Notes under the pieces: generated by a model
What the model saw: only the letters and a program-made list of their open reading frames with translations
Told to the model about the DNA's origin: nothing
The model's database searches: none
Program-made: the position numbers and the translations under genes
Virus record (IMG/VR): IMGVR_UViG_3300020042_003490
Span: 1-24,193 of that record
From: a virus
Lineage: Duplodnaviria > Caudoviricetes
Direction: 5' to 3' (one strand)
DNA length: 24,193 bases
Shown: one piece after another, positions 23,334 through 24,193 of the stretch
Position numbering within the stretch: position 1 is the stretch's first letter
Layout of the letters: every line of letters begins with the position of its first letter

Positions 23334-24183
23334 TAAATTTTATAGATTTTCTATCACCTGTAGTCTCTCTACCACATTTAATAGTAAGTATCCTACCACC
23401 TAATGGCTTAATGGGAGCCCCACGTTCAACATGCCACCCATGAGATCCATCTCCATACTCCTCTTTATAGGTACCGGTAAGCATTAAGTGTAATTGTTTT
23501 TGCTTAAGTGTGTAACCTGTTACAGCATGCTTTTCTAATGTATCTCTCACATCATTTCTGCATGAATTTTCATGTATGTGGCCCATTGTAAAAACATCAA
23601 AGTTCTCATAAGTTTCTAGAGCCCTGGTTAAATTTATTGCACCTTTGGTAACTATACCACCACCACCTGATCCATGGAAGTATTTGATCTTAGTAGTAAA
23701 AGAGGTAGTATTGCCAGGACTAAAAGCCTGCTTAACTACTAACCATCCACCATAGCCACCTGTCTGTACATTAGATCCTGCTTTATAGTTGAGGAGGTCC
23801 ACAAATCTCTGCAGTATATCAGTTTCTTGAAATTTAATTATAGCAGTTTCATGGTTACCGTATCCTATTAGCTTAATGATATGTGCATAGGGTAGAAACC
23901 ACTCTGCTGCTGTATTAATTATACTATCTAAGTACATAGCATTGTTATGCTCAGGCCTAATGTCAGACTTGTTTCTCCTATTATCGCCTCTCCCCTGCAT
24001 GCAGCAAAATAGGTCCCCATTTACCATCACAGGTATCTCCTCTTTTACGCAATAGTCCAGGTGTCTCTTTAGCATATCTCTATCACAGTGAGGGTTATCC
24101 CAATGCAAATCACTAAGCATAGCTATCCTTACTTCACTGCCTTCTAGTAAAAGCTCGTGAACATTCTTTGAGTGTCTTATCAT
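23308..24183 (-). CDS. Calcineurin-like metallophosphoesterase, 291 aa
   Basis: All five motifs present: SDLH, NGD, GNHE, FHG and GHIH. Confidence 0.9.
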   Translation of the reverse strand: MIRHSKNVHELLLEGSEVRIAMLSDLHWDNPHCDRDMLKRHLDYCVKEEIPVMVNGDLFCCMQGRGDNRRNKSDIRPEHNNAMYLDSIINTAAEWFLPYAHIIKLIGYGNHETAIIKFQETDILQRFVDLLNYKAGSNVQTGGYGGWLVVKQAFSPGNTTSFTTKIKYFHGSGGGGIVTKGAINLTRALETYENFDVFTMGHIHENSCRNDVRDTLEKHAVTGYTLKQKQLHLMLTGTYKEEYGDGSHGWHVERGAPIKPLGGRILTIKCGRETTGDRKSIKFIDSYKFNM

Positions 24184-24193
24184 TATTTTTTAA

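Noticed and set aside
1-24193. Prophage/lysogeny module, alternative genetic code, or defence system
   Set aside because: No integrase, CI-like repressor, att-like junction or host genes are seen. Long ORFs are intact under the standard code, with TAA, TGA and TAG all used as stops.

Overview
This window is a ~24 kb, AT-rich slice of a tailed dsDNA phage genome. The host is probably a Bacteroidetes/Flavobacteriia, judged from TAnnTTTG promoters, A-rich start regions without Shine-Dalgarno sequences, and a BT4734/VirE-N-type primase. Almost all genes are on the minus strand. In transcription order (right to left) they are: a metallophosphoesterase; small early genes; an HNH-like pair; a DnaA-C-like HTH protein; an iteron-like origin; a primase-helicase; a VRR-NUC-like nuclease; ERF plus exonuclease recombination genes; an SSB-like protein; a phage sigma factor; terS/terL; tail and tape-measure genes; a protease/scaffold; the major capsid; a tail tube; and the start of a probable portal. 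The most striking signal is a three-layer regulatory circuit visible in the DNA. (1) Host-type TAnnTTTG promoters drive early operons whose first genes share an AACTAAC(C/T)AA motif at the start codon. (2) A ~66-nt two-hairpin RNA (23298->23233) has its own promoter and terminator and exposes the antisense of that motif in its loop. (3) A bipartite AAACAWWW-N13-YAATATAGKT element sits directly on the ATG of five late genes and is likely a leaderless promoter for the phage sigma. A pair of paralogous chaperone-like genes is inverted inside the structural module. All functional calls come from motif recognition by eye; no searches were run.
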